Both the position numbers and the translations under genes were made by a program. The notes under the pieces are model-generated. The model was not told the origin of the DNA and did no database searches. It saw only the letters and a program-made list of their open reading frames with translations. DNA of 64,000 bases from an uncultured Chloroflexia bacterium (GTDB lineage Bacteria > Chloroflexota > Limnocylindria > Limnocylindrales > CSP1-4), in NCBI GenBank assembly GCA_963829155.1, contig CAWHIA010000018.1:13804-77803 (forward strand). Reading direction: 5' to 3'. The stretch's first letter is position 1; every line of letters starts with the position of its first letter. Below are positions 31,755 through 41,746 of the stretch, piece after piece.

Positions 31755-33467
31755 GTGGACACCGCTGGTACATCGACCTCCTCACTCGCACGCGTGGAGC
31801 GTTGGATCCCGGGCGTGCGGGTCTTCCGGACGTACGACCGTGGGTGGCTCCCGCGCGACCTGATCGCAGGCGTCGTGCTCGTCACGCTGCTCGTCCCGCA
31901 GGGGATGGCCTACGCGGAGCTGGCCGGATTGCCCGCGATCACCGGGCTCTATACCACCGTCGTCTGCCTCGTCGCCTATGCCTTCGTCGGACCGTCGCCC
32001 GTCCTCGTCCTCGGTCCCGATTCCTCGCTCGGACCGATGATCGCGGCGACGATCCTGCCCTTGGCCGCCGGCGACCAGCAGGTGGCGATCGCCCTCGCTG
32101 GCCTGCTTGCCCTGATGGTCGGACTCGTCACGGTCGGCGCCGGCATTGCCCGGCTCGGCTTTGTCGCCGACCTCCTGTCGAACCCCGTCCGGACCGGGTA
32201 CCTGGCGGGTCTCGCCGTGGTGATCTTCGTCGGTCAACTACCGAAGCTGTTCGGGTTCTCGACCGATGCGAGCGGGCTGATCGCGGAGATCGGAGCCTTC
32301 GTCGCGGGTCTCGACGAGACCAACATCTGGGCCCTCGGCATCGGCCTGCTCAGCCTCGGCATCATCCTGGGTCTCCGGCGGCTCGCGCCACGCACGCCGG
32401 GCATCCTCGTGGCCGTCGTGGCCGCGATCGGGCTTTCGATCGTGCTCGACCTCGCCTCGCGCGGAGTGTCCGTCATCGGCGTCCTGCCGCAGGGGTTCCC
32501 GACGCCCGCCCTGCCGGCGGCATCGCCGTCGGACATTCCCCTCCTGCTGGCGACCGCCGCCGGGATCTCGCTCGTCGCGATCGGCGACACGATCTCGACG
32601 TCAGGCGGCTTCGCCACCCGACGCGGCTACGAGGTCAATGGCAACCAGGAGCTTGCCGGGATCGGAATCGCCAACTTGGCGGCCGGTCTGTTCTCCGGGT
32701 TCCCGGTGAGCACGAGCGGCTCCCGCACCGCGGTCGCGGACCAGTCGGGGGCGAAGACACAGCTGACTGGCCTCGTCGCCGCCGCGCTCGTGCTGCTGAT
32801 GCTGCTCGTCGCGCCAGGGCTCGTCCAGGCCATGCCTCAGCCGGTCCTCGCGGCCGTCGTCATCGCGGCGTCGATCAGCCTGTTCGACGTTGCCGAGTTG
32901 CGACGGCTCTACCACGTTCGGAGGACCGAATTCCTCCTTGCCCTCGCTTGCGCGCTCGGCGTGGCGCTCGTTGGCGTCCTCCAGGGGATCGTCATCGCCG
33001 TCGCCCTATCGGCGGTCTACGTCTTCAAGCGTGCCTGGGCGCCGTATTCGGCGGTGCTCGGAAAGAGTCCCGGCGTGCGCGGATACCACGACGTCCTGCG
33101 CGACCCGGACGCCGAGCAGATCCCGGGGCTGCTCATCGTCCGCTGGTCGGCCCCATTGTTCTTCGCCAATGCCAACCAGTTCCGCGACCGGATTCGCGAT
33201 CTCCTCAAGCCTCTAGACCCGCCGCCCGCCTGGGTGCTCGTGGTGGCCGAACCGATCACCGACATCGATACGACGGCCGGGCGAATGCTGGCCGATCTCG
33301 ATGCCGAGCTGAACGCCGGCGGCACGCACCTCGCGTTCGCCGAGTTGCAGTCAGCCGTCCGAGACTCCATCGTGCGGTACGGGCTGCTCGAGACCATCGA
33401 CGAGGGTCACCTGTATGCCTCGGTCGACGAGGCGGTCGACGCCTATCACCAGGAGGTCGGATCCTGA
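31755..33467 (+). CDS. SulP-family anion (sulfate) permease with C-terminal STAS domain
   Basis: A GGAGGAGG RBS precedes GTG 31755. The protein reads ...WLPRDLIAGVVLVTLLVPQGMAYAELAGLPAITGLYT..., has multiple TM segments, and ends in a STAS-like part: LLIVRWSAPLFFANA...ITDIDTTAGRMLADL. Confidence 0.9.
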   Translation: MDTAGTSTSSLARVERWIPGVRVFRTYDRGWLPRDLIAGVVLVTLLVPQGMAYAELAGLPAITGLYTTVVCLVAYAFVGPSPVLVLGPDSSLGPMIAATILPLAAGDQQVAIALAGLLALMVGLVTVGAGIARLGFVADLLSNPVRTGYLAGLAVVIFVGQLPKLFGFSTDASGLIAEIGAFVAGLDETNIWALGIGLLSLGIILGLRRLAPRTPGILVAVVAAIGLSIVLDLASRGVSVIGVLPQGFPTPALPAASPSDIPLLLATAAGISLVAIGDTISTSGGFATRRGYEVNGNQELAGIGIANLAAGLFSGFPVSTSGSRTAVADQSGAKTQLTGLVAAALVLLMLLVAPGLVQAMPQPVLAAVVIAASISLFDVAELRRLYHVRRTEFLLALACALGVALVGVLQGIVIAVALSAVYVFKRAWAPYSAVLGKSPGVRGYHDVLRDPDAEQIPGLLIVRWSAPLFFANANQFRDRIRDLLKPLDPPPAWVLVVAEPITDIDTTAGRMLADLDAELNAGGTHLAFAELQSAVRDSIVRYGLLETIDEGHLYASVDEAVDAYHQEVGS

Positions 33468-33576
33468 GCATCCGTCGGAGAACACGAGCCGGAACAACCC
33501 GCGCCAAGAGCGGCGCCGACATCGGGAGGTCGCGCGGGCGCACCCGGGTCGCCATGGCGGCTGTGTGGAGTCCTCG

Positions 33577-35259
33577 TCAACGCCCGGCGGTCCCGCCCGC
33601 GTACAGCCCGAGCAGGCGGGAGCGGAGCTGTCCCGAGGCGCCGACGAGATCGAGGAACGCCTCGCCCTCGAGCGCCAGGAGCAGACCGTCCGTCTCAGCG
33701 GTGACCGTCGCCGTGCGGGACGTGCGGTACAGCAGGCCGATCTCACCGAACACGGCGTCCGCTCCGAGCTTGCGCAGGACGACCGGCTCCGCACCGGTCC
33801 CGGCGGCCTGGGTGACCGTGAAGGCCCCCGACTCGATGATGTAGAACCGGTCTGCCGGATCGCCCTGGCGCACGATCACCTCGCCGGCGGTGACCGGGAT
33901 CTCGACCACCTGCTCCATCGCGGCCTCGAGGCGGGACGCGGAGACACCGGCGAACAGCGGCAGCTTGATCACCCGGCTGATCGTCGCCTCGTACGGCGTG
34001 ACTGGGCGGTCCGCCGCGGAGCCGATCATCACGAGGCCGACGCCCGTCAGGACGATCGTCGCGATGCCCGACACCCCGAGCGTCGCGAACGGGCCGTACG
34101 CGATGAGGAGCACGGGCATGAGAAACGCGCCGACGGCGCCGGTCAGCGTCGCGAGGGTCATCAGGACCCCGGTGCCGCGACCCCGCAGCCGATCCGGGAT
34201 GAGGCGCTGGAAGATCGTCGTCGTCGCGACGTCGACGATCAGCGCCCCGGCGGACGCGATGCCGATCGTCAGCAAGGCGAAGGGGAGGTTGGTCGCCAGT
34301 CCCAGCGCAATCGTTCCGCCACCGGCGACGATGGCCCCAACGATCAACGGCATGCCCATGCCGCGCCGCAGCACGAGGGCCCCGGCGGCGATCGCGCCGA
34401 TCAGACCGCCGATGCCGATGGCCGCGTTGAGGTAACCGTTGGCCTGGTCGCCGGCGTTGAGCACGTCGATCGCGAGGATGACCGTGATCACCTGGAACCC
34501 GCCCCCGAGGAAGCCCGCCATCAGCTGGACGACGACGAGCCCGCCGAGGGGTCGAAGGCGCAGCGGGGTCTCCGGCGGTGCAGGGGTGCTGCCCTCGACG
34601 GCGGGCGCTGTGGCATCGGCGGGTGGCGATCCCTCCGGAGGCGGGGCCGCCTCGGCTCGATCTCGGGCCCGGGAGCTTGGGAGGGACCACAGGACGACGG
34701 CGATGAACGCGAAGGTCAGGGCGTTCACGATGAACGCGGTCGTCACGGTGCCGAAGGCGAGGACGAGCCCGCCGATCGCCGGACCAAGGATGTAGCTCAC
34801 GTTCTGGAGGCTCGCCCAGGCGCTGTTTGCGGGCCCGAGCTGCTGCTCGTCCTTTGCCAGGGCCGGCAGGTAGGCACCCATCGCCGGGTAGAAGAACGCC
34901 GAGCCGCAGGCGGCGAGGATTGCGAGGGCAGCGAGGATCAAGGTCGATCCGCCCGTCGCAACGACGACGGCCATAACGACCATGAGCCCGCCGCGATAGA
35001 GGTCCGAGACGAGCAGCACGATGCGGCGGTCGAACCGATCCGCGACGATCCCGGCCGGCACGGACAACAGCACGTACGGCAGCAAGCGGACCGCGCCGAA
35101 CGCGCCGACGAGGGCGGCGCTCCCCAATTCGCTGTAGATCACGACGAAGATCGCGACGATGTACAGCCAGTCGCCGATTCCGCTGACGAACTCGCCGAGC
35201 AGGAGTCGGACGAGCGGGCGGTTGCCTAGCAGGTCCCGGTAGACGCGCAGGCCAGCCAA
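33577..35259 (-). CDS. MFS transporter fused to a C-terminal cyclic-nucleotide-binding domain
   Basis: A GGAGG RBS precedes TTG 35259. The 560 aa product has an MFS core with about 12 TM segments (...LLGEFVSGIGDWLYIVAIFVV...PAGIVADRFDRR...). The C-terminal cNMP domain reads LPLFAGVS...VIVRQGDPADRFYIIESGAF...LGADAVFGEIGLLYRTSRTATV. Confidence 0.85.
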   Translation of the reverse strand: MAGLRVYRDLLGNRPLVRLLLGEFVSGIGDWLYIVAIFVVIYSELGSAALVGAFGAVRLLPYVLLSVPAGIVADRFDRRIVLLVSDLYRGGLMVVMAVVVATGGSTLILAALAILAACGSAFFYPAMGAYLPALAKDEQQLGPANSAWASLQNVSYILGPAIGGLVLAFGTVTTAFIVNALTFAFIAVVLWSLPSSRARDRAEAAPPPEGSPPADATAPAVEGSTPAPPETPLRLRPLGGLVVVQLMAGFLGGGFQVITVILAIDVLNAGDQANGYLNAAIGIGGLIGAIAAGALVLRRGMGMPLIVGAIVAGGGTIALGLATNLPFALLTIGIASAGALIVDVATTTIFQRLIPDRLRGRGTGVLMTLATLTGAVGAFLMPVLLIAYGPFATLGVSGIATIVLTGVGLVMIGSAADRPVTPYEATISRVIKLPLFAGVSASRLEAAMEQVVEIPVTAGEVIVRQGDPADRFYIIESGAFTVTQAAGTGAEPVVLRKLGADAVFGEIGLLYRTSRTATVTAETDGLLLALEGEAFLDLVGASGQLRSRLLGLYAGGTAGR

Positions 35260-35407
35260 ACGCGACGCCTCCTTGAGGGGCCTGACCGCGCCGCTCCCGC
35301 GTCAGGTCGCGCGATCATATCGGGGAGACGAGACGGCGTGTGGGTCGCGAGCGCAGCAGCCAGTTGGGCGTGGCAGAACGTGCAACCCGGACGCACCGCA
35401 TCGCAGC

Positions 35408-35569
35408 GATGCGTCGCACGCACGAATCCCTGTCGGGATGGCTGCGATCGTGCGTCCCGCGCACGGCGCCGACGCGAATCGGGCGTCATCCGCGTGAAAT
35501 CGCGTCGATCCCGTGCGTGCCGCGCACGATCCGGTCGATTTGGACACGAATTGATGCGTGGCACGCACG
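35408..35569. repeat. Composite intergenic element, copy B: four (C/G)(G/A)TGCG-N5-CGCACG palindromes spaced 41/63/41 nt
   Basis: The motifs lie at 35408-35424, 35449-35465 (CGTGCGTCCCGCGCACG), 35512-35528 (CGTGCGTGCCGCGCACG) and 35553-35569. The architecture matches copy A at 18202-18364. Confidence 0.65.
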
Positions 35570-35595
35570 AGCGGGCCCGCGGCCCGCGGCTCCGC

Positions 35596-36535
35596 TCAGC
35601 CTGACGCGTCGACCATCAACGGCCGCATGAACGCCGCGGCTTCGCGGACGCCCTCGTCGGCGGGTTGCCACTCGTCCTCGTTCTCGATGGACAGGACGTC
35701 GTCATAGCCGACCTCGCGGAGCGCGCTGACGAAGGCGGCCCAGAACGCCGGCCCATGGCCACGCCCGACCGTCCGAAACCCCCAGGCGCGCCCGGCGGGG
35801 TCCTCGAATGGATGCTGATCGAGCACGCCGGCGATCGCCACGATGTCCGGGACCAGCTCGGTGTCCTTGAGATGGACGTGATGCACCGCGGGTCCCAGCG
35901 CCCGGACGACGGCGATCGGATCCATCTGCTGCCAGAACATGTGCGATGGATCCACGTTCGCGCCGATGATCGGACCGATCGCCGACCGCATCCGCTCCAG
36001 CGTCGGGACGTTGTAGACGAGGAACAGCGGATGCAGCTCGAAGGCGATCCGCCGGACTCCGTGCTCGTCGGCGAAGCGGGCCATCTCGCGCCAGAACGGG
36101 ATCGCCGTGTCCCACTGTCGCTCGAGGAGCGCGACGGCGTCCGGGGGCCACGGATACCAGATCCAGTTGACGGTCGTCGCGCCGGGTCCGTCGCCCGGAC
36201 AGCCGGACATGGTGACGATCTTGTCGACGCTCGAGCAGCTCGGCCAGCCGGATCGTGTCCTCGATGCTCCGGCGCTGCTGCTCGCCGATCACCGGGTGGA
36301 GCGGGAACCCTGAGCAGTTGAGCGCGGCGATGCGCAGGCCGCGGCTCGCGAACGCGTCACGGAACCGCGACCGTGCCGCCGGATCCGTGAGCAGCGTCGC
36401 CGTATCGGCGTGGGTCATCTCGGACGTCCCGCCGACGGCGATCTCGATGGCGGTCGCGCCGATGTCCACGGCCAGATCCAGGGCGGCCTCGAACGACGAC
36501 TCGGGCACGGAGTCGGTGAACAGACCAAGGTCCAT
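35596..36535 (-). pseudogene. Sugar phosphate isomerase/epimerase (xylose-isomerase-like TIM barrel), one frame break
   Basis: The N-terminal part lies in ORF 35702..36535: MDLGLFTDSVP...GATAIEIAVGG...LRIAALNCSGFPLHP....IRLAELLE. The rest lies in the frame of ORF 35596..36210: VDKIVTMSGCPGDG...IAFELHP..LVYN...HVHLKD... One extra base lies near 36228-36231. Confidence 0.8.
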
Positions 36536-36554
36536 CGTGCGTCCCGCTCCCGGC

Positions 36555-37430
36555 TCAGCCGCCGCCCTGGATCGCGCCGACCACGGTCGCCTTGATCAGG
36601 TAGCGCCGGACCAGGAGGTACAGGATGATCGTCGGGACCATGTAGACCACCGAGATGGCCGCGAGCAGACCCCAGTCAACCGTGTTCCGGTAGCTGAACG
36701 CCTGGAACAGGCCGATCGAGATCGGTGTCTTGTCCGAGGACGTGATCAGGATCAGCGGGGTCAGGAAGTCGCCCCACGATTCGATGAACGCGAACAGCGC
36801 GACGGCGCCGACGCCCGGGGCCGCAAGTGGGAGGACGATCCGGAATGCGCTGCCCAGGCGGGACGCCCCATCCACCCAGGCTGCCTCCTCGAGCTCGCCG
36901 GGGACGGTGTCGAAGAAGCCCTTCATCAACCAGATGGCCAGCGGCAGCTGCTGCGCCGCCAGCACGAGGATCAGCCCCTGATAGGTGTCGATCATCTTGA
37001 GCCACTGGACGATGAGGTAGAGCGGGGCGATGGTGGCTGAGACGGGGATGATGCGGGTCATCAGGATCCCGAACATGAGGAGCCGCCGACCCCGGAAGTC
37101 GAACCGCGAGAACGCATAGCCGGCCAGGGCGCTCGTGACGATCACCAGCACCGTCGACCCGCCGGCCATGATCATGCTGTTGACGATGTAGCGGCTGAAG
37201 GTCGGATCCGTCAGGAACCGGGCGTAGGCGCTCAGGTCGACCCAGGCCGGGATCTGGAGGTGGACGCCGGCGTTCGGGTCCACGGACGCGAGCAGGATCC
37301 ACAGGAATGGGATCACGCAGAACAGCGCCAGGATCGCCAGGAAGGCGTAGACGAGCGGCAGGGCGCGACTTTGTCGCGGGCCGCGGCGCGCGGAACGAAC
37401 GACGGGCGCGTCGATCGATCGGACGGCCAC
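36555..37430 (-). CDS. Carbohydrate ABC transporter permease (MalG-type)
   Basis: The 291 aa product has multiple TM segments and the EAA-loop-like sequence ELEEAAWVDGASRLGAFRIVLPLAAPG. Confidence 0.9.
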   Translation of the reverse strand: MAVRSIDAPVVRSARRGPRQSRALPLVYAFLAILALFCVIPFLWILLASVDPNAGVHLQIPAWVDLSAYARFLTDPTFSRYIVNSMIMAGGSTVLVIVTSALAGYAFSRFDFRGRRLLMFGILMTRIIPVSATIAPLYLIVQWLKMIDTYQGLILVLAAQQLPLAIWLMKGFFDTVPGELEEAAWVDGASRLGSAFRIVLPLAAPGVGAVALFAFIESWGDFLTPLILITSSDKTPISIGLFQAFSYRNTVDWGLLAAISVVYMVPTIILYLLVRRYLIKATVVGAIQGGG

Positions 37431-37431
37431 G

Positions 37432-38340
37432 CTAGACCTGCGCTCGGAGCAGGCGGACGTAGATGAGGCCGATCCCGAGCACGACTCCGAGCATGATCAC
37501 GGAGGCCGCGCTGCCGAGCCCGATCTCGAAGAACTTGAACGCCCGCTCGTAGACGAAGATCGAGAGCGTGGTCGTGTCGCCGCCGGGCCCACCCCGCGTC
37601 AGGAAGTAGATCAAGCCAAACACGGTCACGGTCCCGATCGTCGTCAGCAGCATGTACAGGACGATCGCGTGCTTGATGAGCGGCAGGGTGATCTTCGTGA
37701 GGAGCTGGCGCGGCGAGGCTCCATCGACCGTGGCCGCCTCGGTCACCTCCTGCGGCACCCCTTCCAGCGCGGCGGCAAACAGGATCATCGCGAACGCGAT
37801 CCCGCGCCAGATGTTGACCACGATGATCGCCAGCATGGCGCTGTCCTGGAGCCAGGCGACGGGGGCGAAACCGGCCAGCCCGATCGCCCGATTGACCGTC
37901 CCCTGGTCGCTCGACTCGAGCATGCTCGACCACGCGAAGGCGGCCACCGTCTCCGGCACGACCAGCGGCATCAGGATCGCGGCACCCCACAGGCCCTTGA
38001 GCCGGATGTCTCGGCGGTGGAGCGCGAGGGCGGCGGCCAGGCCGATGACGAACTGGCCGATGATCGCCGAGAAGGCGACGAAGATCCCGGTCCGAAGGAC
38101 GGCCTGCTGGAAGCCCTCGCTGCCGACCAGGCGCCCATAGTTGGTGAGGCCGATGAACTTCGGGTGGAGTGCGCCCGGACCGGTCAGGCGCCAGTCGGTG
38201 AGGCTCAGGCCGACGGCCCACGCCACCGGCGCAACGACGAAGATCCCGAGCAGGATCAGGGCCGGGGCGAGGAACCCGCCGACGATCAGGTGCTGACGGA
38301 GGCCGCGAGGTCGACGGGCGATCATCGAGCGGCGGCCCAC
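37432..38340 (-). CDS. Carbohydrate ABC transporter permease (MalF-type)
   Basis: The 302 aa product has the EAA loop VTEAATVDGASPRQLLTKITLPLI. It is adjacent to the second permease and the binding protein. Confidence 0.9.
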   Translation of the reverse strand: MGRRSMIARRPRGLRQHLIVGGFLAPALILLGIFVVAPVAWAVGLSLTDWRLTGPGALHPKFIGLTNYGRLVGSEGFQQAVLRTGIFVAFSAIIGQFVIGLAAALALHRRDIRLKGLWGAAILMPLVVPETVAAFAWSSMLESSDQGTVNRAIGLAGFAPVAWLQDSAMLAIIVVNIWRGIAFAMILFAAALEGVPQEVTEAATVDGASPRQLLTKITLPLIKHAIVLYMLLTTIGTVTVFGLIYFLTRGGPGGDTTTLSIFVYERAFKFFEIGLGSAASVIMLGVVLGIGLIYVRLLRAQV

Positions 38341-38444
38341 GTCATCGGATCAGCGGACTCCCGAGAAGCGATGGCTCGGCGCCATCGACCGACCGCCTGG
38401 GCGGCGGCCGGGTCGATGGCGCTGTTGACGCTGGAGCGGACGAG

Positions 38445-39899
38445 CTATTGCGACTCGACTGCGTCAGGGCCGAGGAGATCGGTGGCCTGCTGGGTGAAGA
38501 AGTCGGCGGCCTGGTTGCCGTCCATCTTGTTGAGCAGGATCTGCTCGGTGGCTGCACCGACCGCCTGCTGGATCTTGTCGATCCCGACCTGTGCCTTGAA
38601 GGTCCTGCCGGAGGTCATCAGCTCTTCCATCTTGATCAGGTAGGGCATGTCCTTGTAGGGCGCGATATCACGGATGTCGTCACGCGGGGCGAGGTTGCCG
38701 ACAGCCGCGACGTCCATCGCCAGGGGCGCACCAGTGTTCAGGCACTGCAGGAGCGCGAACGCCTCGTCGGGGTGCTTGGACTTTGCGGAGACGGTCCACA
38801 TCCAGTCCTCGGCGGACCACACGAAGTTGTCGCCCGCGGCTTTGCTCGGGAACGCCCAGGTGTCCACCTTGCCGTCGTAGATGCCGGGGATGGGCCGGGC
38901 GCCGGTCGGCGGCGGACCCCAGTCGTACACCCAGCCCCACGACCCCTGGGTCGTGATCGGAGGTGCCACCGGGATCGCCTTGCCGTCGGCGGTCGTTCCC
39001 GTGAAGCCGTCGTACTTGGTGGGTTCCCACGGCTGAGGATCGAGCAGCGCCTTGGTGGGCAGGAGTCCGCCCTTCTGGAGCGTGCTGTAGAAGTTGAAGG
39101 CGTCCGTCAGTCCCTGGCTCTTGACGATCCACTTGCCGGTCGCGTCGTCGAAGAGCTTGCCGCCGGTCCCGTTGAAGATGTGGATGAACCCCTCGTCGAA
39201 GGTTCCGCCGCCCCAGGTCTTGCCGGCGGGGATCGTGATCGCCGGGAGATTCGTCTTCGCGTGCAGGGCCGTCAGCCGGTCGATCAGCTCCTGCCACGAG
39301 TTGGGCTGATCGGTGGAGATGCCGTTCTGCTCCAGGACATCCTTGCGGATGAACAGCTCGATGACCGTGCCGTGGCGCGGCATGGAGTAGTACTTGCCGT
39401 CCGCCTGCTTGGCCCGCTCGCGCAGGACCGGATAGAAATGCGCCTCCCAGTCCGGCCAGGCTGCGAGCCTGTCCGAGATGTCCAGGAGGTAGCCGGCGGT
39501 GGCGAAGTCCGGCACCCAGGAGCCCGGGTAGGACGTGATATCCGGCGGGTTGTCGCCCTGGTACAGGATCGTCACGTTCTGGCGGAACTGCTCATCCTCG
39601 ACCACGTCGCCGGTCAGGTTGACCTTGACGTTGAGCCCCTGCTCGGCCAGGGAGGCCTCGCACATCGGGAGGATCTTGGCCAGGACTTCCTGGCGCGGCT
39701 TCTGGTGCTCGAGCAGGGTGAGCTCCACGGCCTCGGCGGCCGTGGACGGAGCGGCCGACGGCGCTCCGACGGAGGCAGCCGGCGTCGCCGCACCGGTCGA
39801 GGCACCCGTCGTCGCTGCCGGACTCGCAGCCGACGGCGAACACGCCTGGATGACGAGCGCCAGGCCGAAGACGGCCGTGACGGCGCGGGATTTGCGCAC
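38445..39899 (-). CDS. ABC transporter extracellular solute-binding lipoprotein (sugar-type)
   Basis: A GGAGGA RBS precedes GTG 39899. The signal/lipobox is VRKSRAVTAVFGLALVIQAC. The body is typical of family-1 sugar-binding proteins. Confidence 0.85.
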   Translation of the reverse strand: MRKSRAVTAVFGLALVIQACSPSAASPAATTGASTGAATPAASVGAPSAAPSTAAEAVELTLLEHQKPRQEVLAKILPMCEASLAEQGLNVKVNLTGDVVEDEQFRQNVTILYQGDNPPDITSYPGSWVPDFATAGYLLDISDRLAAWPDWEAHFYPVLRERAKQADGKYYSMPRHGTVIELFIRKDVLEQNGISTDQPNSWQELIDRLTALHAKTNLPAITIPAGKTWGGGTFDEGFIHIFNGTGGKLFDDATGKWIVKSQGLTDAFNFYSTLQKGGLLPTKALLDPQPWEPTKYDGFTGTTADGKAIPVAPPITTQGSWGWVYDWGPPPTGARPIPGIYDGKVDTWAFPSKAAGDNFVWSAEDWMWTVSAKSKHPDEAFALLQCLNTGAPLAMDVAAVGNLAPRDDIRDIAPYKDMPYLIKMEELMTSGRTFKAQVGIDKIQQAVGAATEQILLNKMDGNQAADFFTQQATDLLGPDAVESQ

Positions 39900-40160
39900 G
39901 AGACTCCTCCTAGAAACGGTCGGCCGACAAGGCGGCGACCCTTCTCTACGTCTCCGGGTCCGACCGGCGGCACAAGGCGCTGTCGTTTCGCACCGTGGAG
40001 CGACTGTGCCCGTAAAGGAAACCCGGCCGCGAATGTACGCCGGTTCCCTCCGCGATGTCAATGCAGGTTCACCGCGGCAGTGGCTTGGGTGCGATCGGCA
40101 CCGATTGACGTCGTGCGCCCGGCTCCCCTAGGCTGCTCCAGACATTCGACAGGAGGCACC

Positions 40161-40985
40161 GTGGTTGCGACCAATGGTCGCTCGGCTCGCCAACGCCAAG
40201 CGGAGCGCTACTCCATCGGGGCCGTCGAAAACGCGCTCGTCCTGCTCCGCGCGATCGCCGAGCAGGACGTCCTGGGCCTCGGCGAGGCCGCCGAGCTCGC
40301 CGGCGTCAGCAAGAGCACGGCCTATCGACTGCTGGCCACCCTCGAGGTCGCCGGCCTTGCCGAGCGTCTGCCGGAGTCGGGCTATCGCGCCGGCGTCGAG
40401 GCCATGCGATGGGCATCGCGCCTGCTCGCCGGGCTGGACGTGAGGACCGTCGCCTTGCCTGCCCTGAAGCGCCTCAGGGATGAGACCGGGGAGACGGTCA
40501 ACCTCGCCATCCTGCGCGACTCCAGCCTGGTCTACGTCGAGATCCTCGAGAGCCCGGCGGCCTTCCGGATGGCCGACGTGCCCGGATCCGTCGTGCCCAT
40601 CCACGCGACCGCCCTCGGCAAGGCGATCGCGGTGCATCTCGAGCCGAAACGTCTCGCCGCCGTCCTCGGCCCCGAGCCGTACGAGCGCTTCACCGCCGAG
40701 ACCCCGACGACGTGGCAGGCCTTCAATGCCTCGCTCGCCGCGACCCGGACGACGGGCTACGGCGTCGACATGGAGGAGATGTCCATCGGCGTCGCCTGCG
40801 TGGGTGCGGCCGTGCTCACCGGCAGCGGCGTCGTCGGCGCCATGAGCGTGTCGGCCCCGCGGGCGCGGATGACCGACGCGCGGATCGAGGACGTCGGGCA
40901 ACGCATCGTGGCGCTCGCCGCCGAGGTGTCTCAACGACTCGCTCCCGCGGACGAGATCTCGAGGTCTGCCACCAACCCGAGGTGA
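40161..40985 (+). CDS. IclR-family transcriptional regulator
   Basis: An AGGAGG RBS precedes GTG 40161. The HTH reads LGLGEAAELAGVSKSTAYRLLATLEVAGLAER, and the effector domain reads ...ETVNLAIL....VYVE......R...PGSVVPIHATALGKA. The gene is divergent from the ABC operon. Confidence 0.9.
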   Translation: MVATNGRSARQRQAERYSIGAVENALVLLRAIAEQDVLGLGEAAELAGVSKSTAYRLLATLEVAGLAERLPESGYRAGVEAMRWASRLLAGLDVRTVALPALKRLRDETGETVNLAILRDSSLVYVEILESPAAFRMADVPGSVVPIHATALGKAIAVHLEPKRLAAVLGPEPYERFTAETPTTWQAFNASLAATRTTGYGVDMEEMSIGVACVGAAVLTGSGVVGAMSVSAPRARMTDARIEDVGQRIVALAAEVSQRLAPADEISRSATNPR

Positions 40986-41746
40986 TCGCTCGGGTAGAGG
41001 CCCGGGTCGTCGGCGGCGGGCTGATCGAAGGCGATCGCGGCCGTGCTCACGCGGGCCGACCCCCGGACCAGGATGTAGTCGATGCAGAAGCGCGGCCCGC
41101 GGTAGACGGTCGGCGCGACGAGACCGCTGCCGAACGTCCCCGGATCACCGATCCCGGCCTCTCGCGTCGCGGACCGGAAGCCGGCGTCGAACAGGTAGGC
41201 CAGGCTGGGTTCGTCGGGCAGCCCGTTGAGGTCGCCGCCGAGGACGGTCGCGTCCGTCGCGGGCAGCGCCTCGAGGAATGCGACGATGGTGCGGGCCTGG
41301 CGAAGCCGGGCGACGTAGCCCGGCGGGCCGTCGGGGTGGTGGAGATGCGTGTTGGTGACCGCCAGCGTGGTCCCGTTCGGGAGGCGCAGCCCAACCGCCT
41401 GGACGACCCGCAGGTGGGTCAGCCGACGGGTCTCGTGGAACAGGATCTCGCCGACTGCGCGACGGACGAGCAGGACGACGCCGTCCCAGTGACGCGGGTA
41501 CCGCTCGCGGATGGTCTCGGACGCCCGCAGCACCTGGTAGTCGAGGGACCCGGACGCGGCCGCGAGCCCGCGGTCCTGGTCCTTCGCCCGGTTCACCTCC
41601 TGGAACCCGATGACGTCGGGGGCGAGTGCGCCCAGCTGTGCCTCGACCAGCGGGCGACGCTCCGTCCATCGATCGCCCTGCGGGTAATACAGGAGGTTGA
41701 GCGTGGCGAGCCTGATCGGCGCAGGTTGCATCGCGCGATCCGGCAC
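40931..41746 (-). CDS. Endonuclease/exonuclease/phosphatase (EEP) family protein
   Basis: IRLATLNLLYYP...DVIGFQEV...TNTHLHH...VLGGDLNG...DYILVRG...PSDHLGLVADL matches the EEP motif set. The 3' end overlaps the convergent IclR gene by 55 nt. Confidence 0.8.
   Translation of the reverse strand: MPDRAMQPAPIRLATLNLLYYPQGDRWTERRPLVEAQLGALAPDVIGFQEVNRAKDQDRGLAAASGSLDYQVLRASETIRERYPRHWDGVVLLVRRAVGEILFHETRRLTHLRVVQAVGLRLPNGTTLAVTNTHLHHPDGPPGYVARLRQARTIVAFLEALPATDATVLGGDLNGLPDEPSLAYLFDAGFRSATREAGIGDPGTFGSGLVAPTVYRGPRFCIDYILVRGSARVSTAAIAFDQPAADDPGLYPSDHLGLVADLEISSAGASR

Noticed and set aside
40931-40985. A 55-nt overlap of the convergent IclR and EEP gene ends.
   Set aside because: It may simply reflect a slightly extended 3' end of one gene, or another undetected frame error. 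I saw no sign of a functional antisense arrangement.
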